The notes: generated by a model from the sequence alone, not told the origin. Shown: positions 13,600-27,450, counted from the whole stretch's first letter. The stretch: DNA of 57,746 nt, filler included, from Perkinsus olseni (GCA_013115125.1; 2 parts of 2 records of this genome joined end to end with filler, not necessarily neighbours in it), one strand, 5' to 3'. Translations and numbers: made by a program.

Positions 13600-15060
13600 C
13601 AGCGAGTGTTGAGCATTGGAAGAGCCCCTCACCGAGGGCACGAATCCAACTTGAGGTAACTCGCCAAACTTGGACTTGAGGTCCTCGGCCACTTTACCCT
13701 CCTCGAAGAACTCTTCCAGAGCCTTCGTCGCCTGACCACGACGTTTTCGTCACGGACGGCAGTACCAATGGGGTTCATTCAGTGGACAGGCGAAGGCAGA
13801 CCATGAGCTACACGGTATGCAACGAAAGCAGCATTCCTATTTGGAAATTTCGAATTGAGAATGAAGCGAAGGTCTCGATCTCGATTGAACCTTCCTCCGT
13901 GCATCGCGCTGTACATGGTATATTCGCGCGTTTCTCAGTACGAGGGGCGCCGCCGACGGTCACGTCAAGACAACAATTGCAAGTCTCAATCACTTCGTTG
14001 TTACGAATTCGCCTACCAGCCATACGAGTAAATATCAGCACCTGCAGGACAAGTCCACCCAAAGTTATGATGGTTCAACATAGTCCATGGTGCAATGAAA
14101 GTAATGGATCCTCACCGGGCACTCGTGAAAAACTAGCTATCCACCCAGTCCACCTGCACTAGCACACCGGCCTACGAAGCCCTACTATGTGCAGAAAGGC
14201 CAGCATACCACATATTCTCGAACACTCTAATTCGCGAGAGATAACGGACTCTATCGTTCTAGTGGCTAGCTCTATTTATCGTAGCTACAATGGAACGGCA
14301 AGATACCTCTGCGCCAACGCCAGCCCCGCTACGACCTGGGGCTCCTCTATGCTGCCCTGCTCCTCCCGGTGCTTCTTTCTAGCCTCTCGTCTGTCCTTAT
14401 TCAACTGCGTCACCCTGACGTACTTGGACTGACTCTGTGAGCGTATATCAGCCCAGAAGGCATCACCTTACCAGCACACGCTCACACACAACTCTACAGA
14501 AATTCGACCTACGCTCCGCTTTCGCTGACTTCCCCAACTTATCCTTCTTTTTGTCCGCGAAGGCACCCAAATGATAGGCCTTTTCGAACTGGAAGGAGAA
14601 GAAATGGCCATGCGTACGTCCGTGTGTCGACTGACTTTGCCTCCTCTATCACGCCGTATTATCTGTGACGTTACCGCTGGACCTTGGCCAACCTCGCCGT
14701 ACTCGTCCACGTCTCCGGGGGGCTCGTCGAAGAGATTGTTGAACGACGAAGGCGAGGAAGCGAACGAGGCTCGAGACGCTGGGGCGAGTTCAGATAACAG
14801 GAGTGCCTCAATCAAGGCCACATTCGGTAAGACCCTAGGAGAGGCGCCTAGTAGAGACCACTCACCGAAACACTGTGTTTTCGCAGGGATATAGTATTTT
14901 TAACGATCTGGCATAACAGCCCAGCAAAAACTACCTCTTATCGAGCTCCGGAATATGCCAGACTGCCCACGATGCGTGAAGAGAGGAGGCGAGGGAGGCA
15001 TAGTAGGGGTGAGATCTAGTGAACTCCTGAAGGGCGAGCCTATGGCTGCTGCATGTGCTG
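13600..15060 (-). CDS. Hypothetical multi-exon protein (separate gene or 5' part of the HPR gene)
   Basis: Exon-like pieces ATKALEEFFEEGKVAEDLKSKFGELP, SKYVRVTQLNKDRREARKKHREEQ and ORF 14468-14821, with GT-AG borders. Confidence 0.35.
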
Positions 15061-15141
15061 GTGATGATGACGTGACTACAACTCAACAAAGAACAACTTG
15101 AGAAACAATCCCTTATAAAACTCTGTCATGTTCGGAGCACT

Positions 15142-15600
15142 TTACTGTCCCATAGTGTCAGCTATCTTATCCATCTTCTCCGCTAGGGAAAAGTCCTGAC
15201 AATAACGGGGTACCATCAGTCGACAAATTCACCTTAGTACGCCGAGGAAACCCTCCCGCACGCAAACGAGGACGAGAAGAAGCGAATGCTGCTCAATATT
15301 CCTTCAAATATGATCCTCAGTAGCCACGAGGTCCTGCAGGAATCAGCAAGCCCGGCTGAGTATCACCTTCTCAGTGACTCCGCCTGCATCATGGGTCGAC
15401 AGCTCAACATCAACCTTGTTATAGACGTTATACCAATTGGGATGATGATCAGCCTGATGATGATGCTGATGACTAGCATCTTTAGATGAGGAGTAGGAGC
15501 TCACCTTTTCAGCGTAAAGAGCAACTCTGGTCATGAAGCCAAAGGCCTCATTGAAGTTGCGGAATTTGAAGTTACGGCTGATTTTCTCAGCTGCACCAAC
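15142..15600 (-). CDS. Pterin-4-alpha-carbinolamine dehydratase (PCD/PhhB family); 5' exon(s) not resolved
   Basis: Three exons: [26 protein letters not shown] / [29 protein letters not shown] / [17 protein letters not shown] (15142-15195). The HHP and THD signature motifs are present. Confidence 0.9.
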
Positions 15601-15782
15601 CTGCACCAACGAAAATAATATACGGTGAGCCCTGGCTGAAGAACAGAAAGGGGACCGCTCCTCAACCCTGCGAAATTCCGGATAGACAAGATACTAAATT
15701 TCTTGCTAATACAGATTTTTAGAAAATCATATTCTCGCATAGAACACATTGCACGTGCACATTTTACACCCATGCGCTTCAC

Positions 15783-17305
15783 TCAATCCCCTCCTTCCGC
15801 GTGATACATTATACATTTACTCTGATTGTAGATGCTCAACCCCGATAGTAATTCCAGAATGCCTAGTCTTCGCCATTGGCGAACCGCCAAGACTCCCATA
15901 ACGCAAATCCTGGGAGCTGTGACGGCACGGCTGTCGGTTGTGATCAGGGCGAGGAACATCATTGAACTAAGCCCTCTTGATCTCCAACTTGGAGGCTCGA
16001 AGTAAGAAAACCAAGTCGAGTCAGGAGCGAGTACCGAGTACGACGCACCACCATTAGGGCGGCCAATGCAAGGGTATGCTCCACCGGATGGGACCAACCC
16101 AGAGACTGATAATCATACACTCGCCAGAAAATGCGACTCAAGACCAACGAAACGACGTGATTACCCATGACCATCACCCTGAAACTCTCACGTCGACTTT
16201 GGAACACTCTGCTGGAACCTTTCGAGCCCGTTCGGAGCGGGAGATGCGGCTCAAAACGTCCGCGAGCGTGTTGTCCGCGCCCGGGACGTGCTGAGCGGTT
16301 AGTCCGTTCGCCCATGTAGTGAGCCACCCAAGAGGAACCCTCATGGATTTCGAGCTAGATGACCCCGAGTTGATCGCTGCCACAGTGGCCATGTTGTCGC
16401 AGAACACTGCACCACCCCCATCCAAGCACAATCCCTCTTGCATTCTCACGATTCCATAACTCGCATAACGCGCATAGAGATGGCTGCCAACTCCAAGAAG
16501 CCGATGTCCCCTGACTCAGGAGTCCTGAGCGATCGCCCACTACGCCCTAACTCAGACGCTCCCAGAGACCCGAGTCTTCCGTGGCGTTCACATTGTACCA
16601 GTCAGCCACCTCATCGACGATTCACAGGAAAATAGATACGTGTTTATGTACGTTGCTCTCATCGCAAAGGACACTGAACCTTTGGATGGCACGAACCTCT
16701 TCGACGACGCTATCCTCTACCGCTTGACCCGAGGTCATCGCTACGACGGCCATTCCCACAAGAAATCACTGGGTCGGCCAGCTTCGCGTCGCTGAGCTGC
16801 TGCCAAATGGAGAGCCCAGCTTGGAGTTCTGGTCGATATGTCCGAATCTTGAGGTACATCACTCTATCGTAGAAGGGGGAACACAAGCAGCATTCAGAAA
16901 GCGTCGAATCCGCAAGTTGGATGAGCTGGACTCTTTTCACGTTTTTGCTCAGCTCCAGTGAACATTGCCAGCATTCAAAAGTAGCGCGGCGCTACTGGCG
17001 CCCTCCTGCCATGAGTGAATAATTCTCAACCGCTTTCTGCCACATTCCGCAATTTCATTTCGAGCCAGTGGCACGCGCAGCAGCTGCGGGTATCCTGGAG
17101 ATTCAAGTTGATCAAGAGAAGCTACAGGGTATCCCGGTCCAGGATTCCCCGATGAAGAACGAATCGCATTAAATACGAGACCCGATACCGTCCGCAATGT
17201 AGTCGGATCGAGAACTGGGCCGTCCCCTACCTGCGTCCATTTAGGCGTTCTACTCGCTATCATTGTAGCGACCTGCTGAGTCGTGAGCTTAGTGGCGCCC
17301 GGCAT
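15783..17305 (-). mobile_element. Degenerate DIRS/Ngaro-like retroelement remnant (RNase H, possible RT fragments)
   Basis: DIGFLELAAI followed by VFCDNMATVAAIN...AQHVPGADNTLADVLSR matches DIRS-type RNase H motifs. Upstream RKRLRIIHSW resembles an RT N-terminal motif. Frameshifts and stops throughout. Confidence 0.6.
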
Positions 17306-17463
17306 GGTCTAAGAGATACTGAAGAGGGCAAGTCAGAAATCCTCCTAAAACACTCAACCAATGAAGGAGCTCGGGGAGTGCCATTCACGGCCCGCGAGAG
17401 TGGCGACTGAACACAACACTGAACAAGCAAGCTGTACAGGGAACATCCAGAACGTATTAGACA

Positions 17464-18930
17464 CTAAGCAAACAGGAAGTCGTCGGGAGTCAGTCCCTGG
17501 GATGCTAGATACGCCTTCTCCGCTTCTTGACGAGCTATGAATCTGAGATTAAGTCCATCCTTGCTGCGAAGGGCCGAAGACCTGGTCAACTCCGGTCGAA
17601 GTTGGTGGTCCTTACTCGTCCAAGCTGAGCTCCTTTAAAGATGTTGTCTCCTGGTCCACGGGACGGCCATCAGTATTCTGAGAAGGCAGAGAGTTAAGTG
17701 GTAAAAGCATGTCGATCGATAATATGGCCACCGAAGCAGTAGACTGGAACTAGACGGCCCTAAATCCCGCGGTAGGCTATGAGCCACCGAAAGGCACCAC
17801 TGAACGACGGCCTGTCTCAAGCAACGAACGTTCGAGTATCGTACATTGCAATCGAGCCACCTGGGGGCGATGGCGCTCTGTAGAGGGGCATCATAGTAGC
17901 TTATACCATATCCATCGAAGAACGTCTCTTGGGACAGCGATCCTGACGGCGATACATCGTGAGAGTTGCGAAAGGAGTGGTATGCGCGCTCCTACGTTCC
18001 ATGTCATAGGCCAACAAAACGTATATACAGTCTATCCGATCATGCCGAAGTAGGGCCACATTCTTGACATCAAAGTCATCGACAACCTGAAGGACATCAG
18101 ATGGCGGAGGCCAGATCGGAGGCAGCAACCTACCGCCGCGAGATATCTCATACCACACTTCACGATATCAACCATATGCGGGGAGTCACGCTCGACGTGG
18201 GCCATACTGAAAGGAAACGCGCAGGGGCCATGGAGGACCATAGTAGGCGGCTCGGAAGCCCCCTTACTTGAGCTGAGTGTAGTTGTCAAGATCATTCAAA
18301 CTCCATTCACCGTACTGCTTCCCGGTGGTATCAGTATCATCAAAGAACTGAGAAAAATCGTCAGGCCCCAATCCTCCCCTCAGGATACTCACATTCTTGA
18401 AGAACGTCTCGAAGGCTTCGCTATCGCTCGGGTCAGGGCAACTAAATCCTCCTCCCGCAAACGCACCATCAGTACCTAATGCACTCACATCACCCCCGGC
18501 ATGACCGCCAATATCAGCTCACAGAAGATGCCTGAGTTGAATCCTCCCGCGTCATAGTCTGCCCGACTATCTTCGTCAGACAGGACCTCGTAGGCTCCTG
18601 CTATGAGCTTGAAAACGCTCTCGGCAAATTTTTTATCAAAGTCATTCCTGAACAGAGCAGCGACACTCCCCACTGACGTAGGTCGCCTCTGAAGTCTCTA
18701 CCGGTGCTTGTCGGGATGCCACCGAACTGCTAGCTTCCTATAAGCCTTCTTGATATCCTTCGGTGACGCTTCCCGTTCCACCCGCAGCACGTCATAGAGG
18801 TCCTGAGGAAACATGTGAATGTACCTCGGAAACCCTCGGCTTCCCGTAGACTTACGATGGACGACGCGTCGTCTTTACTTTCATCAACTACTTGGCGATA
18901 AAATGCCGCCTCTTCACAATCAATGGCCAT
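17464..18930 (-). CDS. DnaJ/Hsp40 J-domain protein, multi-exon
   Basis: [11 protein letters not shown]... / [33 protein letters not shown] / [21 protein letters not shown], followed by a G/F-rich stretch. Probable last exon ...[10 protein letters not shown] ends at 17464. Confidence 0.85.
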
Positions 18931-19684
18931 TGAGTTATATTACAAACAGTACTGCAGATTGGAGACCCTGAGCACCTCCTCCCCCTTCAACATCCATCCT
19001 GCCCTGTTCCCGAGGGCTGGCACGCTGGAAGGCTATTCAGTTCGAGTAGTAGATGACTCTCGTGAAGCTATTGACGCTCCTCCCGAGGATTTCACTGCGA
19101 GTCGAGATGCCATGCGAGCAGCAGCCGGGACACAGGCTCGTGCGTATGCCGATTTAAAGTCCCACGCCGCCGCCGGCTGAGTTGGATTTGATGCCGGTGT
19201 GCTCACAACTTACCGATGGACTCGGTGTTGCGTTACACAGGCTCGTTGTTGCCTCGAATTTGGCACGTAGGCTAGATGAGGAGTATCTTTTCCGAGAGTA
19301 TCTTTGCCAGAAGGTTGGGCTCCATCAACACTGTAAAAGACCAGTCCCAGGTTCGATCCCCGGCGAGGTATTTTTCCCTGAACCGCACTAACACAACAGG
19401 AGCTAAGATACGAATGAAATAGTGACACAAATCGCGTAGGCGATGGATACCCTCAAAATACTGGAAGGGTTCGTACGTAGTAGCGGAAGGAGTCGGGATG
19501 TACTATACTAATATGTACTACTGCCTAAGCACTAGTCTTAGTCTGAAATCAATGTACGATAAAAGTGCGTTCTAAGTCGGGAGTTGGGGAAGTTATGGTA
19601 TGACCAGTGCACGCATGCACATAGTCGTGGTATTCCAGTAACCTATTCGTGGTCTTTATGTGAATTAAGAGGCGAAGCGCCATC

Positions 19685-20920
19685 ATCAACGATGGCCTTT
19701 CCCCGGCAGAGGGTCCAGGATTTCTCGAGGCACCCACCCCCAAGTGTGCGGTATAGCATCACGATACCGGCGAACCTACAAAGGGGAGGATTACTCGATC
19801 GTCGTGACCGCGCGCCACGAATTACCAGTGCCCATCCATTCGGGGATTCCCGTCTCACCCGCAGTAGCTCTCCACGGACTACAGACAGCTGACAAATCAA
19901 TAACAATCAGACATCTCTCGTATCAAGCAAGCATCAACCTAAGATACTCAAGATGCGCCACCCCAAGTACCTCCTCGCCGCTCTGTCCAATAAACTCATG
20001 ACGAACTATGCACTTCGGGTCCGATACCGGGCCCACATCTTCTTCGCCACCGCCATCATCCACCACCACCGAAGCGTACTGCGCTTCATAAGCCTCATCA
20101 ACCTTCAGATTCTCCTTGTTATTAGCATCTGTATCGCCGGCCGACGAGTAACCATCGATGCAGCATTCCTCAGCACTAGATATAGTCGGACTGGATGGAT
20201 CGGAGCACTGGCCGAGGTCGTCAGGTCGAGGGTACGTGGCAGCGTGAGCGACATCACTCTTACCACCGATCACCTCAACGTCGAAGGTGTCACCCCTTTC
20301 ATCTCCTTCCGTATCGCTCGGGCCCGCCTCGTCAATCTTAGTAACCTCCTCTTCGCAGGGAGCGGATACGGGCGCATCGGGACAGGTGGAGAGTCTCTCG
20401 AAGCGAGCGTCCGTTCTCGGAGTACAACTGCCGCCATCCACGAAGCTTTGGCGACGCCTAGGAGGTGTTCTACGCGGTGGCCCTTTTCTGAGACTCTTCG
20501 TAGCGGTATCTTTTTTCCCATGAAATACACGCTCAAGCTCAGCAACTTCCCTCATGGCCTCATCACTGTCCTCAGTGCAACTGAAGAAGCTTTCCTCATC
20601 AACTCTCTCCATTCTCTGACCCCCAGCCTCATCATTTCGACCTTCGCTCCGCCCAGCACAAGTGAATCCTCTAGAGCTCCCACTACGGCCGCCAGTGTCC
20701 GGGCTATCCTCAGTGCTCGAAGTCCGGCTGGATTCCTCGATCTGCGATTTATCCGCTTCGCGAGCCTTCCAGGCTTCTGCAGCTCCCGACTGTTCCACCG
20801 CGAGTACCAGCTCTTCCCCAAATCGCAGCGTCAAGCGGAACGCTAAATTCTCGGCTCGATGATCATCACACGCATAGATCCGCACAAGGCCTGAGCATGA
20901 GGCATCTCACCAAGCCATGC
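19685..20920 (-). CDS. Acidic low-complexity region plus C-terminal SH3-like domain (possibly 3' part of the adjacent J-domain gene)
   Basis: ORF 19923-20885 ends in KCIVRHEFIG...EYL. Following exons read SVVRGELLRVRRESPNGWALV and TWGWVPREIL, matching the SH3 consensus. Confidence 0.65.
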
Positions 20921-20929
20921 TGCTGCTGT

Positions 20930-22262
20930 CGGATGCTACCCGTCACAGCGTCCATTTCAAAGCCACCAATTCCACTCGCGAACCTCCACCACAAATACGA
21001 GTTAGTGAGCTCGAGTTCGCCCAATTCGACCTGAGAAGAAGGACGAGGCTCCGCAGATCCTAGTTACCGCTTGGAGCTGTGTATGCCACGACTTCAAGCT
21101 ACTTCAGCGGGTAAAATTCAGTCAATGGTCGAGTGCATCTCAACGGAAACCCAATGAACCCTCAGTGAAAGCGGATAGTTTCATCAACTGTCCCGTCAAC
21201 TCGAAACTGAACGATCCACCTGCTGTACTCTCGAGAATTCGTTGGAAAATTTGTAGACATCCGATATGGCAAGCGACGCATAACAGTTTTTGATAACTGG
21301 ACAGCCTATGCGAGCCTCTCCGGTCTCGACTCTGAGATGACCTCCGACACGTATAGCACCAAAGGCCCCTCCACTCCCGTCAATACATAAGCACCTACCC
21401 CGTGAAGGTCGAACAGTCCTTTAGTTTTGCACTGGAGTTCCTTCTCGTCCCACTTCCCTTTATATAGATAGAACCTGCAGCCATCATACCATCGCTTTGC
21501 AGTCCCCAGATGTGGCTTACCGGTCCACCAGTGTCCGACCGTTCTTCTCCCAGCTCTTCCGTTCTCGATGTGAGCGCCAGTTCCAAGCCTCATCCAACCA
21601 CCTACTCAGGTCCGACTGCTTGCACTCATCAGCATGGTGGGTGTCAGCGCTGCTGTGGTTTTTGACAAGGGCGGTGTAAGCCTCATTTACGTGTTGAAAG
21701 ACTATGCACGGGTCCCTGAGAAAGGTGATATTACTAGTAGTCATAATAATACACTGGGCCTGGCAAATCGATGTTCCCCCGAAGTACTACTGTGTATGAA
21801 AGCTGGCTAGAATTAGTGGAGCGCTTTCAGCACGAAAAAGAGAATTTTCCTGTCTTTTCACTGTAAAGACGGGGGTTTTCATTTCTTTCTCTCCCAAAAC
21901 AACCCCGTCAATGATATGCTGAAAGACCTTGCCAAACAGCCGCCGTGAGTTGGAGAGAGACCGAGAACAACGCTCAGAGCGGAGACAACAAACCCCGCTT
22001 CCATCACCTGTGACCGTCGTATTTATCAGGATGCCATTTCCTAGCCAACCGTTTGTATGCAGTCCTTATTTCATCCAACCCAGCACCGGGATTCAACCCC
22101 AGTATGCGGAAACAATCGTGACGGTCCTATCGAGGACAACTTGAGGACAGGAGAGTTGAAGAGCATCACCTTCAAGGAAGCGGTGGTGACTGTCTCATAG
22201 AAAGCCTCTTCTTCGTCGTCGTGGTCATCCACCTCTTCACCAGGCATGTTACGCACGACCAT
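20930..22262 (-). CDS. Second DnaJ J-domain protein (5' exons)
   Basis: MVVRNMPGEE...EEEAFYETV / DRHDCFRILGLNPGAGLDEIRTAYKRLARKWHPDKY / DPCIVFQHVNEAYTALV, joined across GT-AG introns. Confidence 0.85.
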
Positions 22263-22649
22263 TAAGTAACATAGACAAAAACTATCGTATTGTCTCTCCC
22301 GAGCGAACTACGGGAAAAACGCAAGGCATGAAACCCACGGCAACCTAGGAAGCTCCTGAATTGCAGGTAACGCCGGGGGAGAGAAACCCGAGACCAAACC
22401 CGAGACCCGTCCCGACACCCGAGAGAGCAACGAAATTCTCGGAGACGCTTGTTGGAATTCGTTTTACTCAATTAAATTTTTGGAAGTACCCGTGGAACCA
22501 TCGCGCTTCCAACAACAGAGCAAGATTCAACATCATCTTAGCCTTGTGCACGCGTGCAAAAAATCGACTTGCTTCGTTTCTCTGCGAGGACGAGTAAGCC
22601 TAAAGATCTCCCTGGGCGGGCAACTTCAAACTTGATATATTGATAGGTC

Positions 22650-25600
22650 AACGTTCCCCTCCTCAGTTCACCCGCCGTCACTAGCGGCGCTTCGATGCTC
22701 CAGCACGTGGCCTTTTTCCTGTTCGTCACCACCCTGGTCTGTAGCGCTCCCCTGTATGCTGATGTCCTTCATGATTTCGTGGTAGTGGCCTTCACGATTT
22801 GAGTCCATCGACACTACTCGGCGTAACAAGGAGCTTCCTTATTAGGTGAAGCTGAACTTCAGTCGTACGGAGGTCGAGGATGCTGAAGCCACTCGAATAA
22901 GATTCCCCGGTGGCCAGACGTTTTCTTGCAGCATCGGCGGTGATGCAGCTTCCCGAAGGATCCCTGGTGGGGGCGATGACCTGGTAGCGGTCGGCCTGGC
23001 CACCTTGTCCTGTATAGAATTTTACTTAGGTGGTCAAGGCCAAGTCCGTGGCCATCTCACCGCGTTGCCATCATGTGAGTCACTTCCTGCAGTCACAGCT
23101 TTCATGGATGACCCCGCCTTAGTACCGCTTCCCGACCGAATACTGGTCGTATGAGCTGTGTCCAGGAAGGGAGGCTTCACAGTTCAGAGTAGATGGCTCC
23201 ACTACCAGCTCTAAGCATGTCCCTAAGACGCTCATCGGTGAGCCTCCACAGTGAAGCCCTCGTTGGCCGACGGAAACGATATACTACATAGGTAGTTTCG
23301 TCGAAGGCAGTCGACGAGTCCTTGGCAATGGTACCATTGAGGAACGGTATGATGGCGGTGCAGCTAACCGTAAAGCAACTGTAGGGACGGCAATTGAAGC
23401 CACCAAGCGAGTACCTTGCATAGGTCCATTATGTATGTGCTCGGACTACGGACATTTTTACCGAAATCACCGAGCCCGAGATCCATCAGTGAGCCTCACG
23501 TCTCTCAATCTCGCGTGAAAACCGCGGATCTAGATATCGCTTCGTTTTGGGCCATCCAGCGGCGTGTAATACGTACACTCTCGACGACGGGACGTATGTC
23601 TACGACGAATTTGAAGATGAAGGCCCGGTAAGAGTCATCCAACCCCGTGCTTCTACCCATCGACCTGCGTCAGTTCGACAATCTCAGCGACGTGCCGGAG
23701 GCTAGGGAGAGCTCCGTCACCATCGATCGCCTCATTTCATTGGACTACGGGGTAGTATTCAACCACTCCATCTCTCCAACCTCCGTATCACATCCCTACT
23801 GGATGGGTGTCTTGCTTTTTCTGATGAAATTTGCGGTAACCACCACTAGTCGCGTGGACGTCATTCTAGCCCTCTCCCCTGAACTCATTGCAGAAGAGAT
23901 CTCCTCGTAAACGTGCTGTGTAATGGGACTCTAGTGGGTGCCGTGATGGCACTGTAGTCGAACTGGTAGGAAAAATTCCTAAAGACCCGTACTCTCTGGG
24001 AAGCGTGGGGATTCCTCCTTCCGAGCATCGCCTCTCGGAGCGGAAACGGCTGGGCCGTAGTCTCTCCCTACTTCGAAAGAGCTGAGTATCTCACCGGGAT
24101 GCGTGCGTGACAAAGCCTTCCATTGGTTGTCTAGCTCCATCTTCGTGTTTCACTCAGCGGAAGTCTCGGTCACTTTACGGAGGTTCAACGGCGACATCAT
24201 CATCATCAGGATGCAGCAATTTCACTATCGGATACTGGTCCTACCGATACTGCTATCCTCATGTTTTATGGCAGTACCACGTGTCCTCAGCTACAGGCGA
24301 GGTAGTGCTCATTGCTCTATCTCTTGTCATTCTACAGTACTCTTCAGATCGAGGGAAGACCCCATTTACTCGGGACCATCACCAATGTAAGGACATGTTG
24401 CTGCGTACGAGTATTGTAATGCTGTATATGTTAGGGTAGTCGAGAGTCTCTCGAGGCCGACGAGGAGAGCTTCGTCAACCGAGTGCCCGCCTTCAGCCTC
24501 AGCTCCTCGGCATCGCCCCTCAGTGAAAGCGACCATGTGAGCTAGTGGGCCGTGCATGTCGCATGGGGAATCGCTGCGGTGGGTTGTCAGCGTCCTGATT
24601 AAATTGCCTGTGGATGACTTTCCGGCTAGGCTGTTTGCTTAGGCCAAGAATGGGTCTTAGGATACTTAATGGAAAAGAGTTGATGGTGTTGGGTGATAAA
24701 GTTGATACATGATGGTATCATCACGGTCGTCGTTGTAGGGTCGACGATGGCCTAAGGCAGTTCGCCACGAAGTTATGTACACGCTCGGTAATGGCAGCAT
24801 CTGTCGCGAGAACAACGAGACCAGATCAGTACGATCCGGGCTTTCCTTCCGAAGTGAGGGACATGTCGGTAGGTGCTGGTAAAGTTGGCCTGCCCTGAGG
24901 ACTGGGAAGAGTGGAAGGCAGGAAAAGACCCTCGAGTGGAATCCCTAGTAGAGGTACCGCATGGCGATCGTTCAGAAGGGCTATGAGCCATCCATCTCAG
25001 GTCGCCTTATGCCGCTACACTCTATCCATCTCCGTACCAGCTCTCTGCGCCGATCTGAGAATGCTGCCTCGGAAGCGTAACAGTGCGGAGGACGAGATCA
25101 GCTGCTTTCGTGTGGAGTCGAGTGAGTTGCGACCGTTGGAGTTGAAGTCAGCAGACTGAATGGAAGGCGAATTCTGCGGCCTTCTTCGATTGATGGAATC
25201 TTCTCCTTATTGGTGCATGAGATTGGGGACATGCCAGTGGCTGCTCAGAAGGAGATGCGACGGTTTCACTATGTTCGATATTTTGATTATTCGGTTTGAT
25301 ATTTGCCTGTGTGCTGAGTTGCGATCAGTATTGGTCAATGCCGATCCATGGAGGGAGGATTGTCCCCCCCACCGACAGCAATCAGAAGCCTACCCCGCCC
25401 TCAGTTCTCAACCTTATCCGTTCAATTAGTTCGTCCTAGTTCTTTACATACTACCAGTTAAGATGCCTTCCGGGTTCACGTGTCTCGGTGGCGTGGCACA
25501 TTACGTGCAAGCTAATGAAGGATTTTCGTGTCACAGCTCGTTTTCACCAGGTGTTCCGTATATGGACTCCCGTAACACTGTTATACCGACCAATAAACGT

Positions 25601-27450
25601 CTCAATTTTTCACCAAGCAAAATTTGTGTCCATTTCTCACCGCAAGATTCAGTCATGAGATCGATATCCTTCGCAGGGAAACTGTCTTGCTGACTGAGGT
25701 AAGGAAATCGCCGCTAAGGACATCAATGCCATGAGTCATGAAATTAATGTCCTTATTGATAGAGTTGAACTCCCTATTAGAGCCCTGCCGCTGGAATGAC
25801 TTGTTCCATTTACCAGCTGAATGTGCCTACTTCGACCCTACCGCCTGACCCCTGTCTTTGCTCGCTAATGTGATATCCTTGACCGCTGGCATAACGGCCT
25901 CACACTAGTCCGAAAATACTTTTGCTGAATGGTATAGATTTGGTGAAGTTCCGGCTTAATGACGGAAGACACGTCGTAGAGGTATGTGCACGAGGACCTC
26001 GAGATTGTAAATCTCAGATTTATAGGGTCAACTTGAAACCCAAATTCATGCTCTTATGGGCGAGATCGCCCCCCTCAAATTTAGGTCCTTACTCGCTAAA
26101 TTGATTTACTTTCTCGGGGCGCACCCCTCAACTGACTTCCTTGTTTCCAAATCCGATTCGCAGTCTTTTGAACCCGGCACCAAACGATTCTCGAAGATCT
26201 TTACGGCTTATGCCGGACCGAATTTCGACATCGGGATCGAGGGTATCTTCAAAGCATCTACTGGCGATTCTATCAACCAGGGTGTATCTATTGCTCTTGA
26301 CCTCGCAATGACCACCGAGGACAATAATCTCTTTACTCGGGAGATCATTGTAGAAGGTACACTGCGTATTTGGTTTAACCCGTTCATTCATTTGCAACCC
26401 TCACTCGACATCTTCCACGAGGAGGTCAAAATCAGTACCTTTTCTGGTTCCGTTATGTTCGCCGTTATGCTAGCACACTCATCCATTCCGTATCTTCCAG
26501 GGAAAACTCCTTGGTGCGTCTTGCGGAGAACTTCCTTTGTCCCAATCTCCTCTAATTTCCAACTGTTGTGATCTTGTCGAAGGCTGCGAACACTGCAGCT
26601 TCACGCTGCAACCTTCAGCAGCTTGTTGGGTCCTTTGTGGACCATCCAATATCGACGGGATAGTGGAGTCGTATATTTCTCACTTTGAGTCATGACTGTC
26701 ATGTTCCATTTAATGTTCTTTGTACCATCGTGGAGATACAGTCTACGCAGTCGTCGGTTGCCCTATACGCATACCATCACCCTCGTCTCAATACATTTTT
26801 TGAAGTCTACGTCACTTCAGTTGATTCCACAAGCTAATAGGTCATTGCATAGCCCAGTAAACGATCCTACTGCTTGGTTGACAGCGAATAGTACTTCAAG
26901 CGAGGGGCCAGGGGTCTCTTCCATAAGTCTCTTAGAGGAAAAATCCTCAGAGTTCCTAGAGCAGAAACTGCCGGATTTTCCTTGAATCGGGTTTGAAAGT
27001 GCTCGAGAAGAGAAGAGAAGAGAAGAGAAGACCTCTTTCGTCCATCTGCTTCGTAAGGATTGAGAGGTACAGTACGCATCGGGGACCACTTCATGAAGGA
27101 AAATTCTCCTAGCGAACCCCTAAAGAACTCTAACAAGTTTCAACGGAGATTTCAACAGTCATTGCTCCTCGCGTATCTCAGCTGAAAAACCTCAACCTCC
27201 TTGGCAAGCTGGTCACGGAATTGTGAGGATCGATGAAAGCAGTCGTACCGACAAGGTCGAGCGATCATGGGGCAGCAGCGTAAATTTTCGATGAAAACTC
27301 CGAGCCGATTATACCTGCCCGGCTCGAAGGAGTATTTAGTGGGTGTCCCTATTTCGACAACGCCGCCAAACCGCTGCCTTCGCTCTCTAATGCGGTATCC
27401 CCGACGGCTGGCATAACGGTGTACCACCGAGCACCACAGTCTCGATCTGG
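22650..27450 (-). mobile_element. Highly degenerate LTR retrotransposon remnant (gag/protease/pol)
   Basis: About 4.8 kb with no clear exon structure and broken minus-strand frames. It includes a protease-like TLVDRIASRCF (26128-26397), gag-like pieces near 26800-27430 and a purine tract GAGGAGGGGAA at ~22654-22664 (PPT-like). No intact LTR pair seen. Confidence 0.4.

Noticed and set aside
18921-18932. Palindrome CAATGGCCATTG giving ATGs on both strands
   Set aside because: Short enough to arise by chance; the plus-strand ORF has no recognisable product.
19953-20846. 297-aa plus-strand ORF
   Set aside because: Antisense shadow of the acidic minus-strand exon; no recognisable motifs.
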